Shown piece after piece: positions 1 through 9,617 of a stretch of 64,000 bases of DNA (position 1 is the stretch's first letter; each line of letters begins with the position of its first letter). The notes below the pieces were generated by a model. That model did no database searches, was not told where the DNA came from, and was given only the letters and a program-made list of their open reading frames with translations. The DNA comes from Candidatus Latescibacterota bacterium (GTDB lineage Bacteria > Latescibacterota > UBA2968), in the NCBI GenBank assembly GCA_965116885.1, contig OZ220741.1:576001-640000 (forward strand), given 5' to 3'. The translations under genes and the position numbers were made by a program.

Positions 1-649
1 GATACGCGACAAAAGCCTCGGCAAGCGCGCCCCCATCTTTCGCGCTCGCAACAATATCCACATCCTTACTCGTCTCCATACATCGCCGCACACTGCCCGC
101 CACCGATAGGCGAATCACCCCCGGTTGATCTGACAGATAAGCGCGCAACGCCTCTGCTTCATCCCGCGCCGTACGGCTCAAAAAACGCCCGCGGTGTTGC
201 TGCAAATAAGACACCCCGCGCAAAATACTCTCAGCGGTCTTCTTCCCGAACCCACGCAATTTTTCGACCTCACCCGCCTCGCACGCCTTTGCCAGCGCAT
301 CCACATCGGCAATCCCCAACTGCTCGTAAATAGACCGCACCCGCTTCGCGCCCAAACCGGGTACCTCAATCATCTCCAATAATCCTTCGGGCAGCGCGGA
401 ACGCAAATCGCCCATACCCGGCAACTGCCCCGTCTCAATAAGTACTGCGATATTTTGCGCCATCTTCGCGCCAATACCGCGCACAGATTCCAATTCACCG
501 CGCGTGCTCAAATTCGAAGCAGACTCTTGCAACAGCTCAATCTGCCGCGCTGCATTGACATAAGACCGAATGCGAAATGCATTTTCGCCATTCAGTTCCA
601 TCAACGTGGTCATATCTTCCAATGCCGCGGCAATATCTTTATTATCCAT
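1..649 (-). CDS. polX: DNA polymerase X / PHP-family PolX, N-terminal part (runs off the window edge)
   Basis: Manual translation from ATG at 649: MDNKDIAAALEDMTTLMELNGENAFRIRSYVNAARQIE...RGIGAKMA...VPGLGAKRV...GFGKKTAESIL...AGSVRR..ETSKDVDIV; HhH motifs plus the PolX nucleotidyltransferase GS..R/DxD motif. Absent from the ORF track because there is no stop in the window. Confidence 0.9.
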   Translation of the reverse strand, partial: MDNKDIAAALEDMTTLMELNGENAFRIRSYVNAARQIELLQESASNLSTRGELESVRGIGAKMAQNIAVLIETGQLPGMGDLRSALPEGLLEMIEVPGLGAKRVRSIYEQLGIADVDALAKACEAGEVEKLRGFGKKTAESILRGVSYLQQHRGRFLSRTARDEAEALRAYLSDQPGVIRLSVAGSVRRCMETSKDVDIVASAKDGGALAEAFVAY

Positions 650-678
650 TCAAAACCACCGGGGAATGTAGTGGACAT

Positions 679-706
679 TTGACAATTCACATGGTTATTT
701 TAACTT
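679..706 (+). promoter_or_regulatory. putative sigma70 promoter for the 761-4749 operon
   Basis: TTGACA at 679-684, TAACTT at 701-706 (16-bp spacer). Confidence 0.4.
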
Positions 707-760
707 CAATCGCCTGCATCAAAATTTCGGAGAATATAGATACAGAATGGAGCTAAGTCA

Positions 761-1789
761 ATGAATCAAACCACAAAAATCGCCATCGTCGGACTGGGGC
801 GCATCGGCTGGCGATTTCACTTTCAGCAAGCCCTGTCATCCGACCAATTCGAACTCACCGCCGTCGTCGATCCCCTGCCCGAACGCTTATCCGAAGCACG
901 CGCAGCAGCGGGTTGTGAAACCCATACCGATTTTGAATCGCTCTGGTCCGGCCCATTGCCCGATGTGGTCGCCATTGCCACCCCCACCACATTGCACGAA
1001 GACATGACCATTCGCGCCCTCAACGAAGGGTGTCACGTCATCCTCGAAAAACCCATGACCACCTCCCTCGCCTCGGCAGATCGCATGATCGCCCAGGCCG
1101 AAAAGAACAACCGCCGCATCTTTCTCTATCAGCCCCACCGCCTCACACCCGAAACACAAACCGCGCGAGAAATTATCCAAAGCGGCAAGCTGGGACCCAT
1201 CTACGCCATACACCGGGGCGTCTATCGCTATGTTCGCCGAAACGACTGGCAGAGCTTGCGGAAAAACGGCGGCGGCATGCTCAACAACTACGGCGCGCAT
1301 TACCTCGACCAACTCATCTATCTCTCCGACGACTCGGCAATCACAGAAGTCGATTGCAAACGCTGGGCAATAGCCACCCGCGGCGACGCCGACGACGTGG
1401 TCAAAGCCTGGGTCAAAAAAGACTCTGGACAGCTCTTAGACGTGCAAATCAATCAGGCCTCTGCCTATACAATGCCCCTCTGGCATATTTGCGGGAAATA
1501 CGGCACAGCCATTCGCGAGGACAACGTATTCAAAGTGCGATATTACGACCCCGCAGAAGCACCTCCGCTCAACGTCGTCGAAGGCGCAGCCCCCGAACGC
1601 AGCTACGATAATAAGGACCGACTGCCCTGGCGGGAAGAAGACATCCCCATTACCCGGGACAAACAGCGCGACTTCTACGCCAACATCTACGACGTAATCG
1701 TCAACAACGCCACCCCGTATATTCGCATAGAAGAGTCGCGCGAACTCATGCGCGTCATGGACTTATGCCGCCAGAGTGCCAAATTCTGA
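761..1789 (+). CDS. Gfo/Idh/MocA family oxidoreductase
   Basis: IAIVGLGRIG Rossmann motif, HVILEKP, GGGMLNNYGAHYLD. Confidence 0.9.
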   Translation: MNQTTKIAIVGLGRIGWRFHFQQALSSDQFELTAVVDPLPERLSEARAAAGCETHTDFESLWSGPLPDVVAIATPTTLHEDMTIRALNEGCHVILEKPMTTSLASADRMIAQAEKNNRRIFLYQPHRLTPETQTAREIIQSGKLGPIYAIHRGVYRYVRRNDWQSLRKNGGGMLNNYGAHYLDQLIYLSDDSAITEVDCKRWAIATRGDADDVVKAWVKKDSGQLLDVQINQASAYTMPLWHICGKYGTAIREDNVFKVRYYDPAEAPPLNVVEGAAPERSYDNKDRLPWREEDIPITRDKQRDFYANIYDVIVNNATPYIRIEESRELMRVMDLCRQSAKF

Positions 1790-1871
1790 TCAGGATGTGC
1801 CGGATTAAAGGATATACAGGATAAAATCCGTAGATCGAACCAACGATACAATCAAACTATCAGGAGACACG

Positions 1872-2726
1872 ATGAAACTTTCACTCACCTCTGTCATGCT
1901 TCCCCGATGGGATTTGGAAACCACATTCAAAAAATTGGAAAAACACGGTTACGAAGGCATTGAACTCCGCTGCCGATACAATCCCGAAGACCCCAATGCC
2001 GAATTGTTCTATTGGGGACGCCACCTCACGGATGTCAGCCCAGACAATATCCTGGACAAGGCAGCGCAGATACGCGACCTCTCAAACCAAACCGGCGTGC
2101 GCGTTTGCACCCTCGCATCCAATTTCACTTATGATCGGACTGATATCATCGAAAAAATATTCAAAGGCGCGCGTGCAATCGACTCCGATAACCCACCCCT
2201 CATTCGCGTTGGTGCCCAGAGCCACGACCGCCAGGCGCCCTATATTCCCCAATTCCTCAAAGCGCGTGTCGGTTTTGCCGACCTCGTTGAAATGGCGCGC
2301 GATTACGGCGTCAAAATCATCTATGAAATTCACGTTGGCACCATCGCTGTGAGCGCATCTCGCACCATCGCCCTCTTAGAAAATCTCGATCCCAATCACA
2401 TCGGTGCCATCTGGGATGTGCCCAACATGATCCGCGTGGGACTTGAAGACAGCAAAATGGGCCTCGAACTACTCGGCCCGTATCTCGCCCATGTACACAT
2501 CGGCAATGCCACACCCGTGCAAACCGAGCGCGACGAGACCGGAAGCATGCAATGGGAATGGGATTTTAGCGACCTGCGAGAAGGCATGGCAGATATTCCC
2601 CAAATTATCCAGGACCTCAAAGACGTCGGATATTGGGGTTATATCTCACTCGAAGAATTTGGTCCCGGCGATGACGAAGAAAAAATCAGTTCCCAGGGCA
2701 ACTATTTGAAATCCCTCATCAATTAA
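1872..2726 (+). CDS. sugar phosphate isomerase/epimerase (xylose isomerase-like TIM barrel)
   Basis: GYEGIELR, YEIH, WDVPN, HVHIGN, GYISLEE; RBS AGGAG. Confidence 0.85.
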   Translation: MKLSLTSVMLPRWDLETTFKKLEKHGYEGIELRCRYNPEDPNAELFYWGRHLTDVSPDNILDKAAQIRDLSNQTGVRVCTLASNFTYDRTDIIEKIFKGARAIDSDNPPLIRVGAQSHDRQAPYIPQFLKARVGFADLVEMARDYGVKIIYEIHVGTIAVSASRTIALLENLDPNHIGAIWDVPNMIRVGLEDSKMGLELLGPYLAHVHIGNATPVQTERDETGSMQWEWDFSDLREGMADIPQIIQDLKDVGYWGYISLEEFGPGDDEEKISSQGNYLKSLIN

Positions 2727-2739
2727 CAAGGAGCATACT

Positions 2740-3624
2740 ATGGTCCCCCTCATCAGCAGCCTCGTCTATGGCCCACTCGGCGCGTGTCAATTGCCCCGCA
2801 CATGGTGGAAAGTCCTCACGCGCAACGCCGGTATTTTAGACGACGAATATCCCGACATGACAGATAATGGCCTCGACCCCCGCGTACTGCGCGCATTAAA
2901 CCTGGATATCGACACCACATTGGCCTACTTGCGCGAAAACATGCCCTCATACCTCGAATTTGAAGCGTGGATACTCGAACAAAGAGGCGACGACTTCTGG
3001 GGCTTTGAACAGCAAGACGCCATCGTCCGATGGAACACGTTTATTCGCGCACGGCGACACCGCGGAGAAAAAATTGAAGAAACGTACACAGACACGGGCC
3101 TGCCGCGAGATGCGGGCATTGATTCTGCAACCGTACTCAACAGCCTTCAGGACTGGCAGTTATTTTACAAGCGCGACCTGCCCAAACTCAGCGGAAACAT
3201 CGTCCCCCTCATCGCCACAATCGACTTCGGTCCCCTCGGCGTGCGCCAGTTGCCCCGCACATGGTACAAAATCCTCCTCCGCGCAAAAGGACTGCTCCAC
3301 CCCGACTATCCCGACATGACGGATAGTGGCCTGGACCCCCGCGTACTGCACGCATTAAATCTGGACATCGACGCCACATTAAACTACATCCGCACAAACC
3401 TCCCGTCCTATCTCGAATTTGAAGGCTGGGTGCTCGAACAGTGCGGCGGTCAAATTCCCGTACAAGCCGTTGACGAATGGAATGACTACCTGTGCAATCG
3501 CATCCACAACGACGCCAAACGCGCAGAAATCCGCGCAACCGTGGGATGTGGCGACATATCCTCAGCCGTCGTACTCAACCACATCGAAGACTGGCATCTG
3601 GCACATCAGTGGCTCTCAATGTGA
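2740..3624 (+). CDS. protein with two tandem DUF5069-like domains
   Basis: Two internal repeats GPLG..QLPRTW.K...G.L...YPDMTD.GLDPRVL.ALNLDID...LEFE.W; family assignment from memory. Confidence 0.6.
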   Translation: MVPLISSLVYGPLGACQLPRTWWKVLTRNAGILDDEYPDMTDNGLDPRVLRALNLDIDTTLAYLRENMPSYLEFEAWILEQRGDDFWGFEQQDAIVRWNTFIRARRHRGEKIEETYTDTGLPRDAGIDSATVLNSLQDWQLFYKRDLPKLSGNIVPLIATIDFGPLGVRQLPRTWYKILLRAKGLLHPDYPDMTDSGLDPRVLHALNLDIDATLNYIRTNLPSYLEFEGWVLEQCGGQIPVQAVDEWNDYLCNRIHNDAKRAEIRATVGCGDISSAVVLNHIEDWHLAHQWLSM

Positions 3625-3639
3625 AAAGGAGAAAAGAAA

Positions 3640-4749
3640 ATGTCCATCGAACTCGGCGAAATGTCCAATGGCGTGTCACTAACACAAGTGACCACAGACA
3701 CGCTTGAAAAATCCAACATCTACTGTGAACTACCCTACTGCTCTGCTGACTCGCGCGTCTTTGTCTATGAGCAGAAAAATTCAGACACCGCGCCCAACAC
3801 CACCGAATATATCGCCTGTGAATTTGGCACATGGGAAACCGAAATAATCGGTCGCGGTCTGGGCGGACCTGGCATGACCCACAGCGGCATCTTCTTTTAT
3901 CGGCGTATTGTCCCCAACAAATGCCAGGAACTCGTGCGCGTTGACCTGCGCACGGGCAAACAGCGCGTCATCCATGAATTTCCCGAAGACCTTCAAACGC
4001 GCGGCCTGGGTACCCTATCGCCCGATGAGCGCTATTACGCCTATGGCGTCACCATCAGCTATCATCCCAAAATGTTTGGCATAGAACTCGTCGATCTCGA
4101 AAAGGGAACGCGAGAAATCATCAACACCGACCCCGACATCTGCAATCCCCACACGCAATTTGAACCCACAGAAGGCAAACAAATTATGGTTCAACACAAC
4201 CGGGGCTGCGAATTTAAACCCGATGGCACCCGCCTCAAACTCGTCGGCGACGAAGGCGCCACCGAATACCTCGTCGATATACCCGACGGCAAAGTCACGC
4301 GCCTTCAGGTCGGACTACCCCATACGCCGAGCATCACCGGACACGAAGCCTGGATCGCGGGCGCGAATGAAATCCTCCTATCCGTCCGCGCCGAAGGGGA
4401 GTACGCACCCGACAAGGGCAACCTCGTCAAAGTATCCGCAAACAACCCTCCAGAGCGCGTCGGCACGCCGGGCTATCGCTTCAATCACGTCGGCACCTCC
4501 CCCTGTGGTCAATACTTTTTCTGCGACGACTGGCAGGGCGCCAGCAAACTCGTCGTCGGCAATATCCAGACCGGCAAAACCGCGGTTGTATGCGAAGCCC
4601 ATACATCCATGAGCACCGCGCAAAACACACACGGGCATCCCTATCTCTCGCCCGACCTCAAATGGCTCGTCTTCAACTCTGACCGCTCGGGACATCCCCA
4701 AATCCACGTCGCATCTGTGCCGTTTGATCTTATTGCTCGGTTGAATTAG
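3640..4749 (+). CDS. oligogalacturonate lyase-like / TolB-like beta-propeller
   Basis: HGHPYLSPDLKWLVFNSDRSGHPQI C-terminal motif, GHEAW, NPHTQF. Confidence 0.7.
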   Translation: MSIELGEMSNGVSLTQVTTDTLEKSNIYCELPYCSADSRVFVYEQKNSDTAPNTTEYIACEFGTWETEIIGRGLGGPGMTHSGIFFYRRIVPNKCQELVRVDLRTGKQRVIHEFPEDLQTRGLGTLSPDERYYAYGVTISYHPKMFGIELVDLEKGTREIINTDPDICNPHTQFEPTEGKQIMVQHNRGCEFKPDGTRLKLVGDEGATEYLVDIPDGKVTRLQVGLPHTPSITGHEAWIAGANEILLSVRAEGEYAPDKGNLVKVSANNPPERVGTPGYRFNHVGTSPCGQYFFCDDWQGASKLVVGNIQTGKTAVVCEAHTSMSTAQNTHGHPYLSPDLKWLVFNSDRSGHPQIHVASVPFDLIARLN

Positions 4750-4815
4750 GAGTGTGCATAATTCATTTGTTGTGGTGTAACGATGTATAGAGATTTTTTT
4801 ACTATTTTTCTTTTT

Positions 4816-5027
4816 ATGCCTTCGGCGACCTACTTTTTGTCACCAGCAACAAAAAGTAGGCAAAAAATGCCGCTCTCAAACGCCGAGGGGCTATGCACAG
4901 CGCAAATCGTTCTTGTAGTAATACGCCATGCTGTGGCCTGCACAGTTGGAATGCCATAAAGATGTCCGCTGCGAGACGGACTCACACGCTGTGCATAATG
5001 GCCTTGATTGATGGCGTTTTGTGAGGG
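4816..5027. repeat. nested palindromic intergenic element
   Basis: CCTACTTTTTGT..ACAAAAAGTAGG hairpin; TATGCACAGCG (4892-4902) / CGCTGTGCATA (4987-4997) inverted pair; outer AAACGCC / GGCGTTT. Confidence 0.6.
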
Positions 5028-5080
5028 TGTGTTTTTGTGATGGCTTATCTGAAGTACTGCGTAATATCAGTCACAAATTC

Positions 5081-5120
5081 AACAGGCACATGGAAGTCAA
5101 AACAATGTGCCTGTTTTTTT
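5081..5120 (+). terminator. intrinsic terminator
   Basis: ACAGGCACAT-N13-ATGTGCCTGT followed by a T run. Confidence 0.7.
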
Positions 5121-5126
5121 ATAAAG

Positions 5127-5242
5127 TGTTCATTTTCGGACACCACTGTATCAAAATCGGACACTTATTACAAGGCGTTCATAACGCGAATTTTCATAAC
5201 TACTTGTAAAACATAGAAAAGAAACTTTGGCACAGAAATTGC
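5127..5242 (+). promoter_or_regulatory. sigma54 promoter with tandem upstream activator sites
   Basis: TGGCACAGAAATTGC at 5228-5242 (GG-N10-GC); TGT-N-TCGGACAC sites at 5127-5143 and 5147-5164. Confidence 0.75.
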
Positions 5243-5297
5243 GTACCTGTTTCCCACACATTCACTCTACTCTATGAATCATTGCAGAGGATAACCG

Positions 5298-7784
5298 ATG
5301 ATTGCCAATTATTTTCGAACATGGTTTCGCAATGTCCTCAAGTATAGAACCTATGCCGCTATTAACCTGCTGGGTTTGGGGATCGGGATTGCCTGCTGCT
5401 ATCTTTGCGTTCTTTACCTTCTTTACGATTGGAGTTTTGACAGGTTTCACAAAGACCATCATCGCATACACCGCGTTACGGGGAAGGTAATGCGTGACAA
5501 AAGAATAGGTGGTTCTATGGCGGGTACATGGGCTGAGACAGTCCATTTTCCGGTTCCATTGGCATCGGTGATGCCTGCTGAGATCCCAGAAATCGAGATT
5601 GCCACCAGTATAAAAGATATCAATTCTCCTCTAAATAAGACGACGTGGCGCGTGGGTACTCACAAAAATTCTCTGCGGGATATAGAAGATGTCGTATTCG
5701 TAGATAGCAATTTTGTAGAGATTTTTTCATTTCCTATCATCAATGGTACATTTCCTTCAACCCCGGGGCAAGTCGTGATCACACGCGCATTCGCCCAGAC
5801 ACTTTCCAACGATATTGACAGTTTGGTAGGCCAGGTTTTATGGATGCAACCTCCTGAGCGACCGTTTTCCAGAAACCAGCCAAATGCAGTCTCAGTTGAA
5901 ATCGGAAGCATTGTGGAAACCCCTCCCCGCAATTCAAGCCTGACATTCGAGATTCTTGTGCCTTTTACTATGTATTCAACCTTTCGTACAACAAGAAAGC
6001 GAGAATGGGATTGGATCTTTAGTGCCAATCATTACATCCGCCTGTCAGAAGAATCGCCTGTAAATGTCGTAGAGGAAAAGCTCACGCAGGTCATCCAAAA
6101 GCGATCCGCTTTCAATTCGCTATGGGATGTATCTACCTTTGAGGCCAAACTGCAACCTATCACGGATCTACACCATATAGGTGAGGGAAGCGGTGGTGAT
6201 GGCGTGCGTCCTGGTACCAACCCGATATATGGCTACATTCTCGGCGGTATGGGTATTCTGGTGCTGTCTGTCGCGTGTCTGAATTACGTGCTGCTCTACG
6301 TAGCGCGGTTCAATTCGCGTACCAAAGAACTGGGCATAAGACAAATTTTTGGCGCAAACCGACGGCAACTCCGATACCAGCTATTGGTCGAATGCTTTGG
6401 ATACAGCATGTTGGCTTGCATCATAGGCCTGGCAGTCGCAGAATTGGCATCAGGTCCTCTTGAAGGCGTTTTGAAAACCTCACTCGTGTCCTCAACAGAC
6501 CCCATTCAGACCGCGCTCATTCTCCTATCGCTTGCCTGTCTAATAGGTCTGGGCACAGCCCTTTACCCGGCAGCCTTTATGTCGTCTGTTTCTGCGGTCA
6601 GCATTCTAAACAAAACAGCAAAAGCCGCCAGGTCTGGACCTTTCTTAAAAATATTAATGGCCATCCAATCCGGTGTGACATTGGTATTTGTGTTTTGCAC
6701 AATCATTATCTTTCAACAGACCTATTTCGTTGTCACAGCAGATCCAGGATTTGAACCCGCGAATCTGGTCAGACTCAGTATCAGAGGATTGACAAAAAAT
6801 GAGGTTGGCCGTCTGCAAGCATCTTTATCTGAGCATCCACTCGTAGCCACATGCGTCCGGGAGGTTGGATCTGCAGGAGTACAGATGAAGGATAGCAATG
6901 GCAACTTGATTGATGAGGTGATTACCTATGAAGCAGATGGTGACTTTCTCAAGACTTTGGGGTTGAAACTCTTACAGGGAAAATCCCTGTACCCAAACCC
7001 CACTCAGGGTGATGTGGTCGTAAATGAAGCCTTCCTGAAACGCTTGGCATCCGCAGAAGCTCTTGGACAGGAAATCACTCAGGAGGATGAAAATACAAGC
7101 TCACGAGTGTTTGGGCGCAATGTCAGTGGCCGCATCGTCGGTGTGGTCAAAGACTTTCACTTCCGAGACTTGCGCCACACAGCCTCGCCTACCGTCATCG
7201 CCATTGCCGATGATGCGACCACATATTTATTTAAGGAAAAATATATCACGGGAGAAATATTAATTCGCATCCAGGAGAACAGTGCCGATGAATTTGTCCC
7301 TTACCTCGAAAAGCTCTGGAAAGACCTGAAAATTGGTGGGTCACTGACATTTTCCTTCGAAGAAGATGAAAGGCAACACTTTTACGCCAAAGAAATCAGT
7401 TGGAGCAAAATCGTCTCTGGCGCAGCCCTGTGTGCTGTCCTCATCGCGTCAATGGGTGCTCTGGGCATGATCTCTCTATCCGTGGCGCGCAGAAGAAAGG
7501 AAATCGCCATCCGCAGGGTCATGGGTGCCATACCATCCAAAATAGCCAGCGGTATAGTGCTGAACTACGCGCTGCCCGGATTTATAGCCGCTGTCATCGC
7601 ACTTCCGCTCTCCTACTTCTTTATGGACGAATGGCTCTCGATATTTGCCTACCGCTTTCAATTCAGCGTTATTACTATATTGGTGGCGATCTTGTTGGGC
7701 ATCCTGCTTCCGCTCACAGGCGGTTTCTTACACGCGCTAAAGATCGCTTCCGAAAGTCCGAGTGCTGCCCTACGGGAGGACTGA
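5298..7784 (+). CDS. ABC transporter permease, duplicated MacB/FtsX type
   Basis: N-terminal INLLGLGIGIACC, two FtsX halves (RTKELGIRQIFGA; RRKEIAIRRVMGA), GVVKDFHF. Confidence 0.9.
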   Translation: MIANYFRTWFRNVLKYRTYAAINLLGLGIGIACCYLCVLYLLYDWSFDRFHKDHHRIHRVTGKVMRDKRIGGSMAGTWAETVHFPVPLASVMPAEIPEIEIATSIKDINSPLNKTTWRVGTHKNSLRDIEDVVFVDSNFVEIFSFPIINGTFPSTPGQVVITRAFAQTLSNDIDSLVGQVLWMQPPERPFSRNQPNAVSVEIGSIVETPPRNSSLTFEILVPFTMYSTFRTTRKREWDWIFSANHYIRLSEESPVNVVEEKLTQVIQKRSAFNSLWDVSTFEAKLQPITDLHHIGEGSGGDGVRPGTNPIYGYILGGMGILVLSVACLNYVLLYVARFNSRTKELGIRQIFGANRRQLRYQLLVECFGYSMLACIIGLAVAELASGPLEGVLKTSLVSSTDPIQTALILLSLACLIGLGTALYPAAFMSSVSAVSILNKTAKAARSGPFLKILMAIQSGVTLVFVFCTIIIFQQTYFVVTADPGFEPANLVRLSIRGLTKNEVGRLQASLSEHPLVATCVREVGSAGVQMKDSNGNLIDEVITYEADGDFLKTLGLKLLQGKSLYPNPTQGDVVVNEAFLKRLASAEALGQEITQEDENTSSRVFGRNVSGRIVGVVKDFHFRDLRHTASPTVIAIADDATTYLFKEKYITGEILIRIQENSADEFVPYLEKLWKDLKIGGSLTFSFEEDERQHFYAKEISWSKIVSGAALCAVLIASMGALGMISLSVARRRKEIAIRRVMGAIPSKIASGIVLNYALPGFIAAVIALPLSYFFMDEWLSIFAYRFQFSVITILVAILLGILLPLTGGFLHALKIASESPSAALRED

Positions 7785-7868
7785 TACGCGAATATATACA
7801 TGTTTTTTTCAGGGAAAATGGGAGGAAAGAATAATTTGGCCTACCATACTACACCAAAAAGAAAGACT

Positions 7869-9602
7869 ATGCAGAATTGCATCTCAATAATTTTTATTTT
7901 CATCGCGCTTGCGTTGACAGTTCACCCTCTTCCTACTAAATATATTTTTGCCCGGGCAGAAGATAATCAGGTGCATATCCCGGATGTCAACCTGCGAGCG
8001 GTGATTCTGCAAACGATAAATGCAAAAAGCGAGGCCCCAGACGCGATAATCACGCAGGCAGAAATGTCAACCTTAACTGGCCTTTCTGCATCGAATGCGC
8101 TTGAGACATCAAATACGAAGATCAGCGATTTGTCCGGGCTGGAGTATGCAACCGGTCTAAAACGGCTGTTTCTCAGCAGTAACAACATTTCTGACATTAC
8201 ACCACTATCTGGATTGAGCAACCTGACAGACCTGTGGCTTGACCACAATAGTATCTCGGACATTAAACCGCTATCTGGATTAACCAGTCTGACACAGCTA
8301 CGTCTTGACACCACCACCATCTCGAACATCACGCCACTATCTGGCCTAAAAAATCTGACAGATCTGCATCTCAGTAACAACACCATCTCAAACATCGCAC
8401 CATTATCTGGATTGACCAATCTAAAAGCATTGCATCTTGACACCAACACCATCTCAGACATCACATCACTATCTAAATTGAACAACCTGATAGACCTGCG
8501 GCTCTACGACAACAGCATCTCAGACCTCGCGCCCCTATCTAAATTAACCAACCTGACACGGATAAATCTTGACGACAACAGCATCTCGGACCTCGCGCCA
8601 CTATCCCAATTGACCAACCTGAAAACACTATCTCTTTACCGCAACCGCATCTCGGACATTACACCATTATCTGGCGTAAAAAATCTGGCAGACCTGCGAC
8701 TTGACAACAATAACATCTCGGATATTACACCCCTATCAGAGTTAAATGGGCTGATACGGCTCTATCTTTCCACCAACAATATCTCGGACCTCACACCACT
8801 ATCTGGCCTAAACGGGCTGACAGACCTGCATCTCGACAACAACAGCATCTCAATCATTACACCCCTATCTAAATTGAACAACCTGAGGGTGCTGTCCCTT
8901 TACAATAACACAATCTCGGATATCACATCGCTGTCTGAGTTAAAAAGCCTGGGAGAACTGGATATTTCTCACAACAGCATCTCGAACCTCACGCCACTAT
9001 CTAAATTGAACAATCTGGCAGACCTGCGGCTTGACAATAACAACATCTCGGATATCACGCCATTATCCGAGTTAAATATCTTGACGTGGCTGGGACTATC
9101 CCACAACAGCATCTTAGACATCACACCCCTATCTAAATTGACCAACCTGACACGAATAAATCTTGACGACAACAGCATCTCAGACATCACACCCCTATCT
9201 AAATTATACATCTTGACATGGCTGGGGCTTTCCGACAACAGCATCTCGGATCTCGCACCACTATCTGGTTTAAACCTTCTAATGGGGTTGGATCTTTCCG
9301 ACAACAGTATCTCGAACCTTACATCATTATCTGGCGTAAAAAATCTGGCAGACCTGCGGCTTGACAACAACAATATCTCGGACATTACATCACTATCTGA
9401 ATTAACCGGCCTGAAAGGGCTGCGTCTTTACAACAACAAAATCTCGGATCTTTCGCCTCTGGTTGCAAACCCGGGGTTGGTCAATGGAGACGGGGTTGAT
9501 ATAGGTAATAATCCTTTGAGTGCCACATCACTCAATACACACATTCCTGCCCTGAGAGCCAGGGGGGTTACGGTAGAGATATATTCAAAAGTGGATGAAT
9601 AA
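7869..9602 (+). CDS. secreted internalin-like leucine-rich repeat protein (20 x 22-aa LRR)
   Basis: Signal-like N-terminus from ATG 7869, cap VHIPDVNLRAVI, repeats LSxLxNLxxLxLxxNxISDITP, C-cap NNPLS..HIPALRARGVTV; start uncertain (7800 alternative). Confidence 0.9.
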   Translation: MQNCISIIFIFIALALTVHPLPTKYIFARAEDNQVHIPDVNLRAVILQTINAKSEAPDAIITQAEMSTLTGLSASNALETSNTKISDLSGLEYATGLKRLFLSSNNISDITPLSGLSNLTDLWLDHNSISDIKPLSGLTSLTQLRLDTTTISNITPLSGLKNLTDLHLSNNTISNIAPLSGLTNLKALHLDTNTISDITSLSKLNNLIDLRLYDNSISDLAPLSKLTNLTRINLDDNSISDLAPLSQLTNLKTLSLYRNRISDITPLSGVKNLADLRLDNNNISDITPLSELNGLIRLYLSTNNISDLTPLSGLNGLTDLHLDNNSISIITPLSKLNNLRVLSLYNNTISDITSLSELKSLGELDISHNSISNLTPLSKLNNLADLRLDNNNISDITPLSELNILTWLGLSHNSILDITPLSKLTNLTRINLDDNSISDITPLSKLYILTWLGLSDNSISDLAPLSGLNLLMGLDLSDNSISNLTSLSGVKNLADLRLDNNNISDITSLSELTGLKGLRLYNNKISDLSPLVANPGLVNGDGVDIGNNPLSATSLNTHIPALRARGVTVEIYSKVDE

Positions 9603-9617
9603 AAGAAAGGAGCACAC

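Noticed and set aside
3622..3642. Sec read-through fusing the 2740 and 3640 ORFs (TGA is in frame)
   Set aside because: The spacer is an RBS (AAGGAG), with no redox motif or SECIS-like hairpin
8144..9460. CRISPR-like 66-bp periodic DNA
   Set aside because: The periodicity is the 22-codon LRR inside an open reading frame
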